Below, piece by piece: positions 9,158-17,087 of a stretch of 20,475 nucleotides of DNA (within the stretch, counting starts at the first letter, position 1; every line of letters starts with the position of its first letter). The DNA comes from an uncultured Spirochaetaceae bacterium. Its GTDB lineage: Bacteria > Spirochaetota > Spirochaetia > SZUA-6 > DRHE01. The notes beneath the pieces were generated by a model that was given only the letters and a program-made list of their open reading frames with translations, was not told the DNA's origin and made no database searches. The stretch is taken from contig CAZERV010000059.1 of the NCBI GenBank assembly GCA_964514815.1, positions 1-20,475 on the forward strand, written 5' to 3'. The position numbers were made by a program, and so were the translations under genes.

Positions 9158-10286
9158 ACCATTCGCGGCCATCAAAAACGTCCAGAAGCCGGAGATCCTA
9201 AAGGACTTCCGGATGAATCCGCCGGCTCTGCTCGTGCTGGCTTTATTTCTGGCCGGCGGTATCATCTGGCAGTTCTCAGTAACCTACGAGATCGATTCGC
9301 TGGACCTGGTCAAAGTAGCCGGAGGAACCATCGTAAGCGGTTTCCTTCTTTTGCTCATTCCCCTGTGGGGCCTGGTCCTGGCCCTTATCGCGGGTTTCTG
9401 GATCAACCTGCTGGCCCTGTTTACCTTTGATTTTTACCCCCTCTTCCTGATGGTCAGCCTGGGCCTGCTGTTCTCTCCCTGCGTGCAGATAGCCCACCAA
9501 TGGGAAAAAGCGATAATTTTAAGACTGGGTAAGTTTCGCAAGCTGAAGGGACCGGGGATTTTTCTCATTTTTCCATTGCTCGACCGGGTGACCCGTTATG
9601 TGGATACCCGGATTCGGGCCACCGATTTCAGTGCCGAGAAAACCATTACCATAGATACGGTCCCCGTTCATGTGGACGCCCTGGCCTTCTGGATGATCTG
9701 GGATGCCAGGAAGGCGGTATTGGAAGTGGAGAATTTTATCGAAGCGGTGGTGCTTTCCGCCCAGGCCGCCCTCCGCGATTCCATAGGCAGGCATGAGCTG
9801 GCCGACCTTCTCTCCGAGCGGGAGCGCCTGGGCAGGGAGATTCAGCAAGCCCTGGACAGGAAGACCAATCCCTGGGGAATCAGCATTCTCTCTATCGAGA
9901 TCACGGATATCATCATCCCGAAAGAGCTGGAGAACGCCATGTCCAAGCGCGCCCAGGCCGAGCGGGAGAGACAGTCCCGGGTAATCCTGGGCACGGCCGA
10001 GGTTGAGATCTCGGAGAAGTTCGTGCAGGCGGCCGAGCGCTACAAGGACAATCCCACCGCGCTTCATCTGCGGGCCATGAACATGATCTTCGAAGGGATA
10101 AAGCAGAACGGAACCATCGTTCTTTTGCCGGCCCCGGCCCTCTCGACCATGTCCCTGGGTGGCATGCTCGATGACCTGGCCCACGGAAAGATGCCTGAAA
10201 TCATGGAAGGAAAGAATGATAAAAATGAGCCCGGAGCGAAGGCGGAAGGTAAAATAGAAAAGGAGAAGGAAGATGATCAAAGTTGA
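9141..10286 (+). CDS. SPFH/band-7 (stomatin/prohibitin-like) membrane protein with a polytopic N-terminal extension and an acidic/lysine-rich C-terminal tail
   Basis: SPFH core begins around HQWEKAIILRLGKFRKLKGPGIFLIFPLLDRV and continues through the coiled-coil region (ELENAMSKRAQAERERQSRVILGTAEVEIS). It is preceded by about 110 aa containing 3-4 hydrophobic helices. Preferred start is ATG 9141 (GGGAGGAAG at 9129-9137), which overlaps the GntR stop by 17 nt. The ORF track starts at 9099. ATG 9213 (AAAGGA upstream) and ATG 9450 are alternatives. Confidence 0.82.
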   Translation: MYWKVKPFAAIKNVQKPEILKDFRMNPPALLVLALFLAGGIIWQFSVTYEIDSLDLVKVAGGTIVSGFLLLLIPLWGLVLALIAGFWINLLALFTFDFYPLFLMVSLGLLFSPCVQIAHQWEKAIILRLGKFRKLKGPGIFLIFPLLDRVTRYVDTRIRATDFSAEKTITIDTVPVHVDALAFWMIWDARKAVLEVENFIEAVVLSAQAALRDSIGRHELADLLSERERLGREIQQALDRKTNPWGISILSIEITDIIIPKELENAMSKRAQAERERQSRVILGTAEVEISEKFVQAAERYKDNPTALHLRAMNMIFEGIKQNGTIVLLPAPALSTMSLGGMLDDLAHGKMPEIMEGKNDKNEPGAKAEGKIEKEKEDDQS

Positions 10287-10959
10287 AGGAGTTACCAAGG
10301 ATTACCATGTGGGTGCAACAGTCGTTCATGCCTTGAGGGGAGTTTCTCTCGAGGTTGAGCAGGGAGAGTTTATCTCCATAGCCGGGCCCTCCGGCTCGGG
10401 CAAAACGACCTTGCTCAACTTGATCGGCTGTCTGGACAAATGCACGGCCGGGGAGGTCATCATCGATGATGAGCCTGTGGCGGAGAAAAATAGAAAGGAG
10501 CTGGCGCTGCTAAGGAGGAAGAAGCTGGGATTCGTCTTCCAAACCTTCAACCTCATCCCCGTGCTCAAGGCCAACGAGAATGTTTCATTTGCGCTCTTTC
10601 TCCTCGGTCTTCCCCAGGCGGAGGTCACGGAAAGGACGATGGCTATCCTGGAGGAAGTAGGCCTCAAAGGAATGGAGGATCGATTTCCCCGGGAGCTTTC
10701 CGGGGGGCAGCAGCAGCGCGTGGCTGTAGCACGGGCCCTGGTCAAAGACCCTGCAATTGTACTGGCCGATGAGCCCACGGCCAATCTCGACTCTACAACC
10801 GGAGAAGAGATCCTGCACCTGATGCAGGCGCTGAATGAGAAAAACGGCACAACCTTCGTTTTTTCCACCCATGACCCAATGGTGATGGACCATGCCGGGA
10901 GACTCGTCCAGCTCCATGACGGCCTAATCACGGCAGACGAGAGGAGGCAAAAAAAATGA
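10273..10959 (+). CDS. ABC transporter ATP-binding protein, MacB/LolD family
   Basis: Walker A GPSGSGKTT, Q-loop, ABC signature LSGGQQQRVAVARAL, Walker B ILADEPT, H-loop FSTHD. About 228 aa, typical LolD/MacB-NBD size. Overlaps the SPFH gene by 14 nt. Confidence 0.93.
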   Translation: MIKVEGVTKDYHVGATVVHALRGVSLEVEQGEFISIAGPSGSGKTTLLNLIGCLDKCTAGEVIIDDEPVAEKNRKELALLRRKKLGFVFQTFNLIPVLKANENVSFALFLLGLPQAEVTERTMAILEEVGLKGMEDRFPRELSGGQQQRVAVARALVKDPAIVLADEPTANLDSTTGEEILHLMQALNEKNGTTFVFSTHDPMVMDHAGRLVQLHDGLITADERRQKK

Positions 10960-12194
10960 GATTCATCCTGGATCTGGCCTGGAAGAACCTTTCCCGGCAC
11001 AGGCGGAGAACAATGATCACCGCCGCCGCTATTGCCTTTGGCATCGCCATCTTTATCTGGATGGATGCCTTTCTCCTGGGAATGGAGAAGGACTCCGAGC
11101 GGAATCTGATCTGGTACGAGACGGGATCGGCCAAGATCATGAACAGGGAATACTGGGAAAAGATCGACAACCTTCTCGTAAAGCATGCTATTGACGATCC
11201 CGCCGGTGTGATAAACCGGCTCGAGCTGGGAAACGTAAAGCACACCCAGAGAATCGTATTTGGGGGAGAGCTCTTCTTCGGAGAGGGCTCTCTGCCGGCC
11301 AAGCTGATTGCCATAGATCCGAGCACAGACCGGCAGGTGTTCCGGCTGGAAGAGTCTATCGTCGAGGGAGGAAGGTATCTTGCCCAGGACCAAGCGGAAA
11401 TCCTGATCGGCCAGTGGCTGGCCAGAGACCTGGGGGCCGAGCCTGGTGATGTCGTAGAAATACGAACCAGGACAAGACACGGCGCCATGCAGACCATGGA
11501 GCTGGAGATCGTAGGCATCCTCAACTGCCCTAATCCGATCATCAACAAGGGTACCGGCTTTCTGCCGATCTCTGTTGCCCGGTACGACCTGGACATGGAG
11601 GGGGCAGTCACGGAGATCGTGCTGAGCCTTCCCGGAGGGGCCAGGGTAGGCGAAGAGGTCAGCCGGATCAACGAGACGCTGGCCTCCTCTTTCCCCGGAC
11701 TCACCGCGCTGACCTGGCAGGAGCTGGCCACGGATTTTATCGCCATGGCGGAGATGAAATCCAAAGGCTCGGGCATGTTCATATTCCTTATATTAGTGAT
11801 TGCCGCGGTGGGCATCTCCAACACCATGCTCATTGCAGTTTACGAAAGGTTCCGGGAGATCGGCATGATGAGGGCCCTGGGCATGAAGGAATCATCCATC
11901 CGCCTGGCCTTTCTGCTGGAGGCCGGCGGGATAGGCCTGCTGGGTTCCCTGGTGGGACTCGTCCTGGGTTCCCTGGCCACCTACTGGATCGTCAACTGGG
12001 GCATCGACTACACTAATCTCTTAGGCGACATGGACATAGGCTACAGGATCAAGGGTGTATTCCGGGGGGCGTGGCACCCCGAGGCCATGGTGTCGGCCGT
12101 CTTTTTCGGCACCCTGATCAGCATGACAGTCGCGCTCCTTCCCGCATCGAGAGCGTTGAAGATGAAGATCTCCGACTGCCTCAGGCACGAGTAA
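10956..12194 (+). CDS. ABC transporter permease, FtsX/MacB-type (LolC/LolE-like architecture)
   Basis: N-terminal TM (RRRTMITAAAIAFGIAIFIWM), a periplasmic domain of about 220 aa, and a C-terminal FtsX domain with the signature ERFREIGMMRALGMKESSIRLAFLLEAGGIGLLGSLVG plus 3 TM. ATGA overlap with the ATPase gene. Confidence 0.9.
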   Translation: MRFILDLAWKNLSRHRRRTMITAAAIAFGIAIFIWMDAFLLGMEKDSERNLIWYETGSAKIMNREYWEKIDNLLVKHAIDDPAGVINRLELGNVKHTQRIVFGGELFFGEGSLPAKLIAIDPSTDRQVFRLEESIVEGGRYLAQDQAEILIGQWLARDLGAEPGDVVEIRTRTRHGAMQTMELEIVGILNCPNPIINKGTGFLPISVARYDLDMEGAVTEIVLSLPGGARVGEEVSRINETLASSFPGLTALTWQELATDFIAMAEMKSKGSGMFIFLILVIAAVGISNTMLIAVYERFREIGMMRALGMKESSIRLAFLLEAGGIGLLGSLVGLVLGSLATYWIVNWGIDYTNLLGDMDIGYRIKGVFRGAWHPEAMVSAVFFGTLISMTVALLPASRALKMKISDCLRHE

Positions 12195-12221
12195 ATGCTT
12201 TAATATAGAAAGGAGTAAAAG

Positions 12222-13544
12222 ATGAAACTTGCCGCCATCGCTTTCCGAAATATCGCACGAAACAGGAGAAGATCCCTTCTCTCCGGCGCCGCGATAACCC
12301 TGGCTACCCTGGCCATCGCTTTTGTATTCTCGTATATCGGGGGGATCAAGGTGGATCTGGCTAAAAACGCCTTCATCTACGACAGCGGCCAGATCAGGCT
12401 GAGAAACAGAGAATATGACAGGTATGAGACTCTCAATCCTCTTCACCTGGGGGTTTCAGACTACCGGAGCGTGGTATCCAGCCTTGAAACTCAAGAAAAC
12501 GTGGCGCTCGTTCTTCCCCGCATCCGGTTCTTTTCCGCCATATACCGGGAGGAGATCAACTACAGGGGGATGGGCCTGGGCATCGATTTTGCCAGGGAGA
12601 TTCTTCTTGACAAAAAGGCAGCGGGAAAAGATCTGGCCGAAACGAGCTACCGACAGATGGATCAAAGGCAGAAGTTGGAAGCCTTTGCCTCTGCATGGGG
12701 CCTGGCTGGGTTTGAGGGGGAGCTGCCGGAGGAGGGCAAGAGGCAGGTCCTGCTCTCTTCCGGCCTGGCCGAAGAGATGAACGTGGATGTAGGGGACAAG
12801 GTGACCTTCTACACCAAGACGGCCTACCTGGGTATGCAGGCCTGGACGTTTCTGGTTACCGGCCTTATCCGCTTTCCTATCGCGGGAATGAACCGGAGTT
12901 TTTTCCTGGCGCCCCTCGGTTCTGTTCAGAGATTCCTCAAGATGGATGCCGTAGGCAACTCCGTTTCGGAGGTGCTGGTTCATCTAAAGGATCTGGACAG
13001 GCTCGATGAGACAGCCCTCAGCATTCTCGACATTTTGAGCGCTAAAGGATTCGAGGATCTGGCCGTTCAGCCCTGGACTGAGATAGGAATATCGTATGCC
13101 TGGATGGAACTGGCGGAGCAGATATACAACATCGTAGCCCTCTTCTTCTTCATCCTGGGCAGTACCGTGATAATCAACACTACCATGATGGTCATCTTCG
13201 AGCGCATGAAGGAGATCGGGACAATCGCGGCCATGGGCATGACGGGCGGGGAGATCATGAAGCTCTTTTTCCTCGAGGCTTTTTTCATCAGCCTGATAGC
13301 GGCCTTCATCGGCGTCGCCCTGGGCGCCGGGATCACGATTCTCCTCTCCATCTATGGAATTGACTTAGGTGAAGCGATGAGCGGCACGGACTTCCCCATG
13401 TCCCCCGTTCTTTATCCCATTCTCAGTATACGTTCCACCGTATTCGTTTTCTTCTACTCGGTCGCCGTTGCCTCGCTGGCCTCGTTTCTGCCTACCCGCA
13501 AGGCGGCCAGGATCGAGCCGGTGGAGGCGCTGAGATCCCTGTAA
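12222..13544 (+). CDS. Second ABC transporter permease, FtsX/MacB-type (LolE/LolC-like), non-identical paralogue
   Basis: Same architecture: NRRRSLLSGAAITLATLAIAF TM, a large periplasmic domain, and the FtsX signature ERMKEIGTIAAMGMTGGEIMKLFFLEAFFISL plus 3 TM. RBS AAAGGAG 7 nt upstream. It is clearly diverged from the first permease, implying a heterodimeric permease as in LolCDE. Confidence 0.9.
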   Translation: MKLAAIAFRNIARNRRRSLLSGAAITLATLAIAFVFSYIGGIKVDLAKNAFIYDSGQIRLRNREYDRYETLNPLHLGVSDYRSVVSSLETQENVALVLPRIRFFSAIYREEINYRGMGLGIDFAREILLDKKAAGKDLAETSYRQMDQRQKLEAFASAWGLAGFEGELPEEGKRQVLLSSGLAEEMNVDVGDKVTFYTKTAYLGMQAWTFLVTGLIRFPIAGMNRSFFLAPLGSVQRFLKMDAVGNSVSEVLVHLKDLDRLDETALSILDILSAKGFEDLAVQPWTEIGISYAWMELAEQIYNIVALFFFILGSTVIINTTMMVIFERMKEIGTIAAMGMTGGEIMKLFFLEAFFISLIAAFIGVALGAGITILLSIYGIDLGEAMSGTDFPMSPVLYPILSIRSTVFVFFYSVAVASLASFLPTRKAARIEPVEALRSL

Positions 13545-13567
13545 ACCCTATTGAAAGGAGCAAGACT

Positions 13568-14314
13568 TTGAAAAGGAAGTGCATAAAAAGCGCGATTATC
13601 TGCATCATTCTTCTCTCTCTGGCAGCCTACTCGTTCGCCCTGACCGGAGAAGAGATCATAAAAAAAATGGAGGGCAACCAGGTCCACAAAACCTCTAAGG
13701 CCACCGGTTCCATGGCGATAACAGACCGTTTCGGGACCAGGATAAAGACGTACAAGGTCTTTTCCGAAGGGGACGACAGGATGCTGCTGGAGTTCACCAA
13801 TCCTGAGGAAGAAGGACAGAAGATCCTGCGCATCGACGATGAAATCTATCTCTACTTTCCAGAAGCCGAGGAGATCATCCATCTCCAGGGTGCCGCCCTG
13901 AAAGACAGCGTCATGGGGTCCGATTTTTCCTATGAAGATCTGACGGGCGGCAAGGGACTGCTCGATTCCTACAGGGTGGAGCTGGAGGGAAACGAAATCG
14001 TGGACGGGCAAGACTGCTACAGGCTCAAGCTGGAAGCCAGGACGCGGGAGGTGGTGTATCCGCTGGAGCGGGTTTGGGTGGACAGGCGGTTGTTCGTCTA
14101 CAGGAAAGTGGTGCTGTATTCTCTTAGAGGCAAGCCCGTCAAGGAGATGAATATAATCGATTTCCGGCAAGTATCCGGCAAAAACGTTCCCGTGCAGATG
14201 GAAATGAGAGACCTGATGAAGAAAAACTCGAAAACCGTATTCAAGACCGATAGCATCGAGATCGATATTCCTCTGGATCCCTCTCTCTTTTCCCTGGAGG
14301 AGCTTTCGTGGTAA
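13568..14314 (+). CDS. Periplasmic LolA-like outer-membrane lipoprotein-sorting-family protein
   Basis: TTG start with AAAGGAG 8 nt upstream. Signal peptide (KSAIICIILLSLAAYSFA|LTGEE) with no lipobox Cys. The body resembles the LolA_like outer-membrane lipoprotein-sorting protein family as I recall it, including a GSDFSYEDL motif and alternating beta pattern: ITDRFGTRIKTYKVFSEGDDRMLLEFTNPEEEGQKILRIDDEIYLYFPE. Confidence 0.75.
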   Translation: MKRKCIKSAIICIILLSLAAYSFALTGEEIIKKMEGNQVHKTSKATGSMAITDRFGTRIKTYKVFSEGDDRMLLEFTNPEEEGQKILRIDDEIYLYFPEAEEIIHLQGAALKDSVMGSDFSYEDLTGGKGLLDSYRVELEGNEIVDGQDCYRLKLEARTREVVYPLERVWVDRRLFVYRKVVLYSLRGKPVKEMNIIDFRQVSGKNVPVQMEMRDLMKKNSKTVFKTDSIEIDIPLDPSLFSLEELSW

Positions 14315-15420
14315 CCGGAAACGTCAGAAGAGCCGCCGGCTTGCTGGCGGCTCTCTTTATCTTAGCTCCGATGCTCTACGCAGAGCTTTCCACAACGGCG
14401 AAGGTGAGCGGTACGACCGCAGTGCTGCACGAGGAAGCGGGGCAATTCTCTTTACTGTCCTTCGGGCAGGGAAGGCTGGACTTCAAATCTTTCGGGAACC
14501 GGAACGTGAAGGGGCAGTTTCAACTGGATGCCCTGATTTCCGATGATATCGTATTTGATGTTCCCAGGGCGTACCTGAAGGTTCGCTTTCCTTTTTTCAG
14601 GGTAACCCTGGGCAAGACGCGGGTTTCCTGGGGAGAGGGCTTCCTCTTCAATGCGGGGGATGTCATCTTTAGCGGCATGTCTCTCCTGGGCAATCTCACA
14701 GCCGCAGAGCTCAGGGATGAGACCGATTGGATGCTGGTGCCCTATCTCCCCCTGGGTACGTTCTCCTATATCGAGGGGGTACTCCTGCCGCACCCGACCG
14801 GAACAGGTCCGCCCGTGTCGATAAAGCTGCACGAGGTGGATGCCGGGATTCGGGTCCAGACCAAGCTGGTGGGGCACAAGCTGGAGGCGGGGTATCTATA
14901 CAGCGGAAGCAATGGGAACCATCGTCCCTACGTGAGTGTCAAGGGAAATCTCCTCAACATCGACTGGCACCTCTCGAGCGCTCTCAGCATACCGGTGGTG
15001 AAACCGGATGAGGAAGACCTGAAAAAGGGATGGGATATCTCCTTCGGCCTCTTCCGGATGGTTAGCCTTCCGGCCGGTCCTTCGCTGCTCTTCAGGCTGG
15101 AATCGGGCATCAATCCCTTCGGACACTGGGAAGAGATCCATCCCTCCCCCGCAGACGCAGATTACGGAATATACCTTTACCCGGAAGTTTCCCTCTCTCC
15201 CAGCGATGCGGCCTCGATTTTCCTGCGCACCATCATCTCTCCGGTGGACCTTTCCGCTCTAATGTCTACAGGCCTTAGCTGGAATATCTATCAAGGCTTC
15301 ACCATGCATTTCTTCTTCGCTTTTCTCATGGGGGACGGCGATGACCACTTCAGTTGGGGCAAAACGGGGGATCTATCCTTCACTACTAAGCTGGAGTACG
15401 TGTATGGAACGAGCAGATAA
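14308..15420 (+). CDS. Secreted hypothetical protein, beta-strand-rich; candidate outer-membrane beta-barrel
   Basis: GTG start overlaps the previous stop (GGAGGAG RBS). Signal peptide AAGLLAALFILAPMLYA|ELS. About 340 aa mature, with many alternating hydrophobic/polar dyads (RVTLGKTRVSWGEGFLFNAG, GYLYSGSNGNHRPYVSVKGNLLNIDWHL, LSFTTKLEYVYG) typical of transmembrane beta-strands. I recognise no family. Confidence 0.7.
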   Translation: MVTGNVRRAAGLLAALFILAPMLYAELSTTAKVSGTTAVLHEEAGQFSLLSFGQGRLDFKSFGNRNVKGQFQLDALISDDIVFDVPRAYLKVRFPFFRVTLGKTRVSWGEGFLFNAGDVIFSGMSLLGNLTAAELRDETDWMLVPYLPLGTFSYIEGVLLPHPTGTGPPVSIKLHEVDAGIRVQTKLVGHKLEAGYLYSGSNGNHRPYVSVKGNLLNIDWHLSSALSIPVVKPDEEDLKKGWDISFGLFRMVSLPAGPSLLFRLESGINPFGHWEEIHPSPADADYGIYLYPEVSLSPSDAASIFLRTIISPVDLSALMSTGLSWNIYQGFTMHFFFAFLMGDGDDHFSWGKTGDLSFTTKLEYVYGTSR

Positions 15421-15781
15421 GAGGCACGATCGCTCTCGCCGGTTTCTTACAGCCGGCACTGTGCCCGGTCAATCTCTCAACACTCCTGCTGGGCGGTATA
15501 ATCAATCTCATAGCTATCTGCCGGTAGGGAAAGCCTTTACCTCTGTCTCCCCCAAATTATCCCTTGAGATATTGTTCCAATAATTTGTCCGGATCATATA
15601 CGGTTATTATTGAACCCTTTTTTAACCTTTGACCCGTAAAAACCAGGGCCACACCGGCACTTCTCAACTTCCTTATAAATTTAGTCGATTGTTCGAGCAT
15701 CGATAGCCGAACGAATCCTGCCGGAATATTAGATCCAAATCAAGGATGACCTTTTAATCGTTATCTGTTATAAGGATACAA

Positions 15782-17083
15782 ATGATAGATTTTGCGCTTT
15801 CACTCCCCGTGCTGGTCAAGGTATTCGGCAGCCTGGCCGTTATTCTGATTTTAAACCGTTTTTTAAAAAACCTTTTGATTTCAGCCACAGCGGGCACTGT
15901 TATCCTGGGGCTCTGGACCGGTCATTTCGGGGGTGAGTTTGTAGATATTGCCTGGAAACGATTTTCCTCCCCCGACAATCTCCTGCTCATGACCGTTGTG
16001 TTACTGGTGATCTGGTTGAGCTCCCAGATGACCCGGAGCGGGGTGATGCAGGACCTGGTTCGGGTGGTCCAGGCCCGCATCCCCAGGCGCCTGGCTATTG
16101 CCGTCCTTCCCGCGGTCATCGGCTTTTTACCCATGCCAGGGGGAGCCATTTTCTCGGCCCCTTTAGTGGATAGCTGCGATCGGGAGAAGCGTCTATCCGG
16201 CCTTCTAAAGACTCAGACCAACTACTGGTTCCGCCATGTCTGGGAATATTGGTGGCCCCTCTATCCGGGCGTGCTCCTGACCACCGCCCTGACCGGTTTG
16301 GAGATCTGGCAGTTCATCCTCCTGCAGATCCCGGTATCCATGCTGGCGATAGCCAGCGGGTACTGGTTCCTGCTGAGGCGCGTCCCCAGGGAAGGCAACA
16401 GCGGTGAAACCGCCGTCCGGGAGACGGGACAATCGTTCTGGGCCTTAATCGCCCCTATCCTGGTGGTAATCGGTTCCTACCTGCTGATTCGAATTTTTCT
16501 GCCGGTTGTGGCTGAAATCAATAAATACCTGCCCATGATGATCGGGGTTCTGGCGGCGATGATTTTTCTCCAGGCCCGGAGAAAGATAGACGGCGCCGGC
16601 TGGAAAACAATCCTGCTTTCAAAAAGAGCCTTTTTATTGGCCGTGCTCATTGCGGTTATCCGCATCTATGCCGCGTTTATAGAAGCTCCCCTACCTTCGG
16701 GCATATTGCTGGTAGAGCAAATGCGCCTGGAGCTGAGCAGGTTTGGCATTCCTCTTCTGGCCGTGATGGCCCTGGTCCCCTTTTTAAGCGGAGTGGCCAT
16801 GGGTCTGACCGTGGGAGTGGTGGGTGCCAGCCTGCCGATCGTTCTGAGCCTGATCGGACGGGACCCTTCCCTGGGCAAGCTGCTGTCCGTAACCGTGCTC
16901 GCCTACGGCTGTGGATTCATGGGCCAAATGTTTTCTCCGGTCCATGTCTGCATCCTGGTGACCACCGATTACTTTAAGACTCGGGTGTTTCGCAGCCTGG
17001 TAAGCCTGCTCAGGCCGGCCGGGGTTGTTCTTCTTGGGATAATCATCCTCAGCCTGGGTATCGAGCGGCTCTGGCCCGGGTAG
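15782..17083 (+). CDS. Polytopic membrane protein, DUF401 / ion-transporter-superfamily-like, with internal two-fold repeat
   Basis: About 12 predicted TM segments. GG-containing re-entrant-loop-like motifs appear in both halves (LPAVIGFLPMPGGAIFSAPLVDS versus PFLSGVAMGLTVGVVGASLPIVLS...FSPVHVC). RBS AAGGA 5 nt upstream. Family assignment is from memory and tentative. Confidence 0.7.
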   Translation: MIDFALSLPVLVKVFGSLAVILILNRFLKNLLISATAGTVILGLWTGHFGGEFVDIAWKRFSSPDNLLLMTVVLLVIWLSSQMTRSGVMQDLVRVVQARIPRRLAIAVLPAVIGFLPMPGGAIFSAPLVDSCDREKRLSGLLKTQTNYWFRHVWEYWWPLYPGVLLTTALTGLEIWQFILLQIPVSMLAIASGYWFLLRRVPREGNSGETAVRETGQSFWALIAPILVVIGSYLLIRIFLPVVAEINKYLPMMIGVLAAMIFLQARRKIDGAGWKTILLSKRAFLLAVLIAVIRIYAAFIEAPLPSGILLVEQMRLELSRFGIPLLAVMALVPFLSGVAMGLTVGVVGASLPIVLSLIGRDPSLGKLLSVTVLAYGCGFMGQMFSPVHVCILVTTDYFKTRVFRSLVSLLRPAGVVLLGIIILSLGIERLWPG

Positions 17084-17087
17084 AAGG

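Noticed and set aside
9519-10298. 259-aa minus-strand ORF antisense to the SPFH gene. Similar antisense ORFs lie at 13454-14170, 16784-17308, 12456-12983, 6547-7116 and 7177-7758
   Set aside because: All are shadow ORFs inside well-supported + strand CDSs, with no RBS or start context and compositionally biased translations.
10326-11833. Two long minus-strand ORFs (384 aa and 301 aa) antisense to the ABC ATPase and permease genes
   Set aside because: They fully overlap + strand genes that have unmistakable ABC/FtsX motifs. Their translations are low-complexity, rich in R/P/S, as expected for antisense frames of GC-rich coding DNA. They have no recognisable domains.
15438-15457. GCCGG-N10-CCGGC hairpin immediately after the operon's last stop codon
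   Set aside because: It has a 5-bp stem and no downstream T-tract. It is too weak to call an intrinsic terminator, so it is mentioned only within the leader finding.
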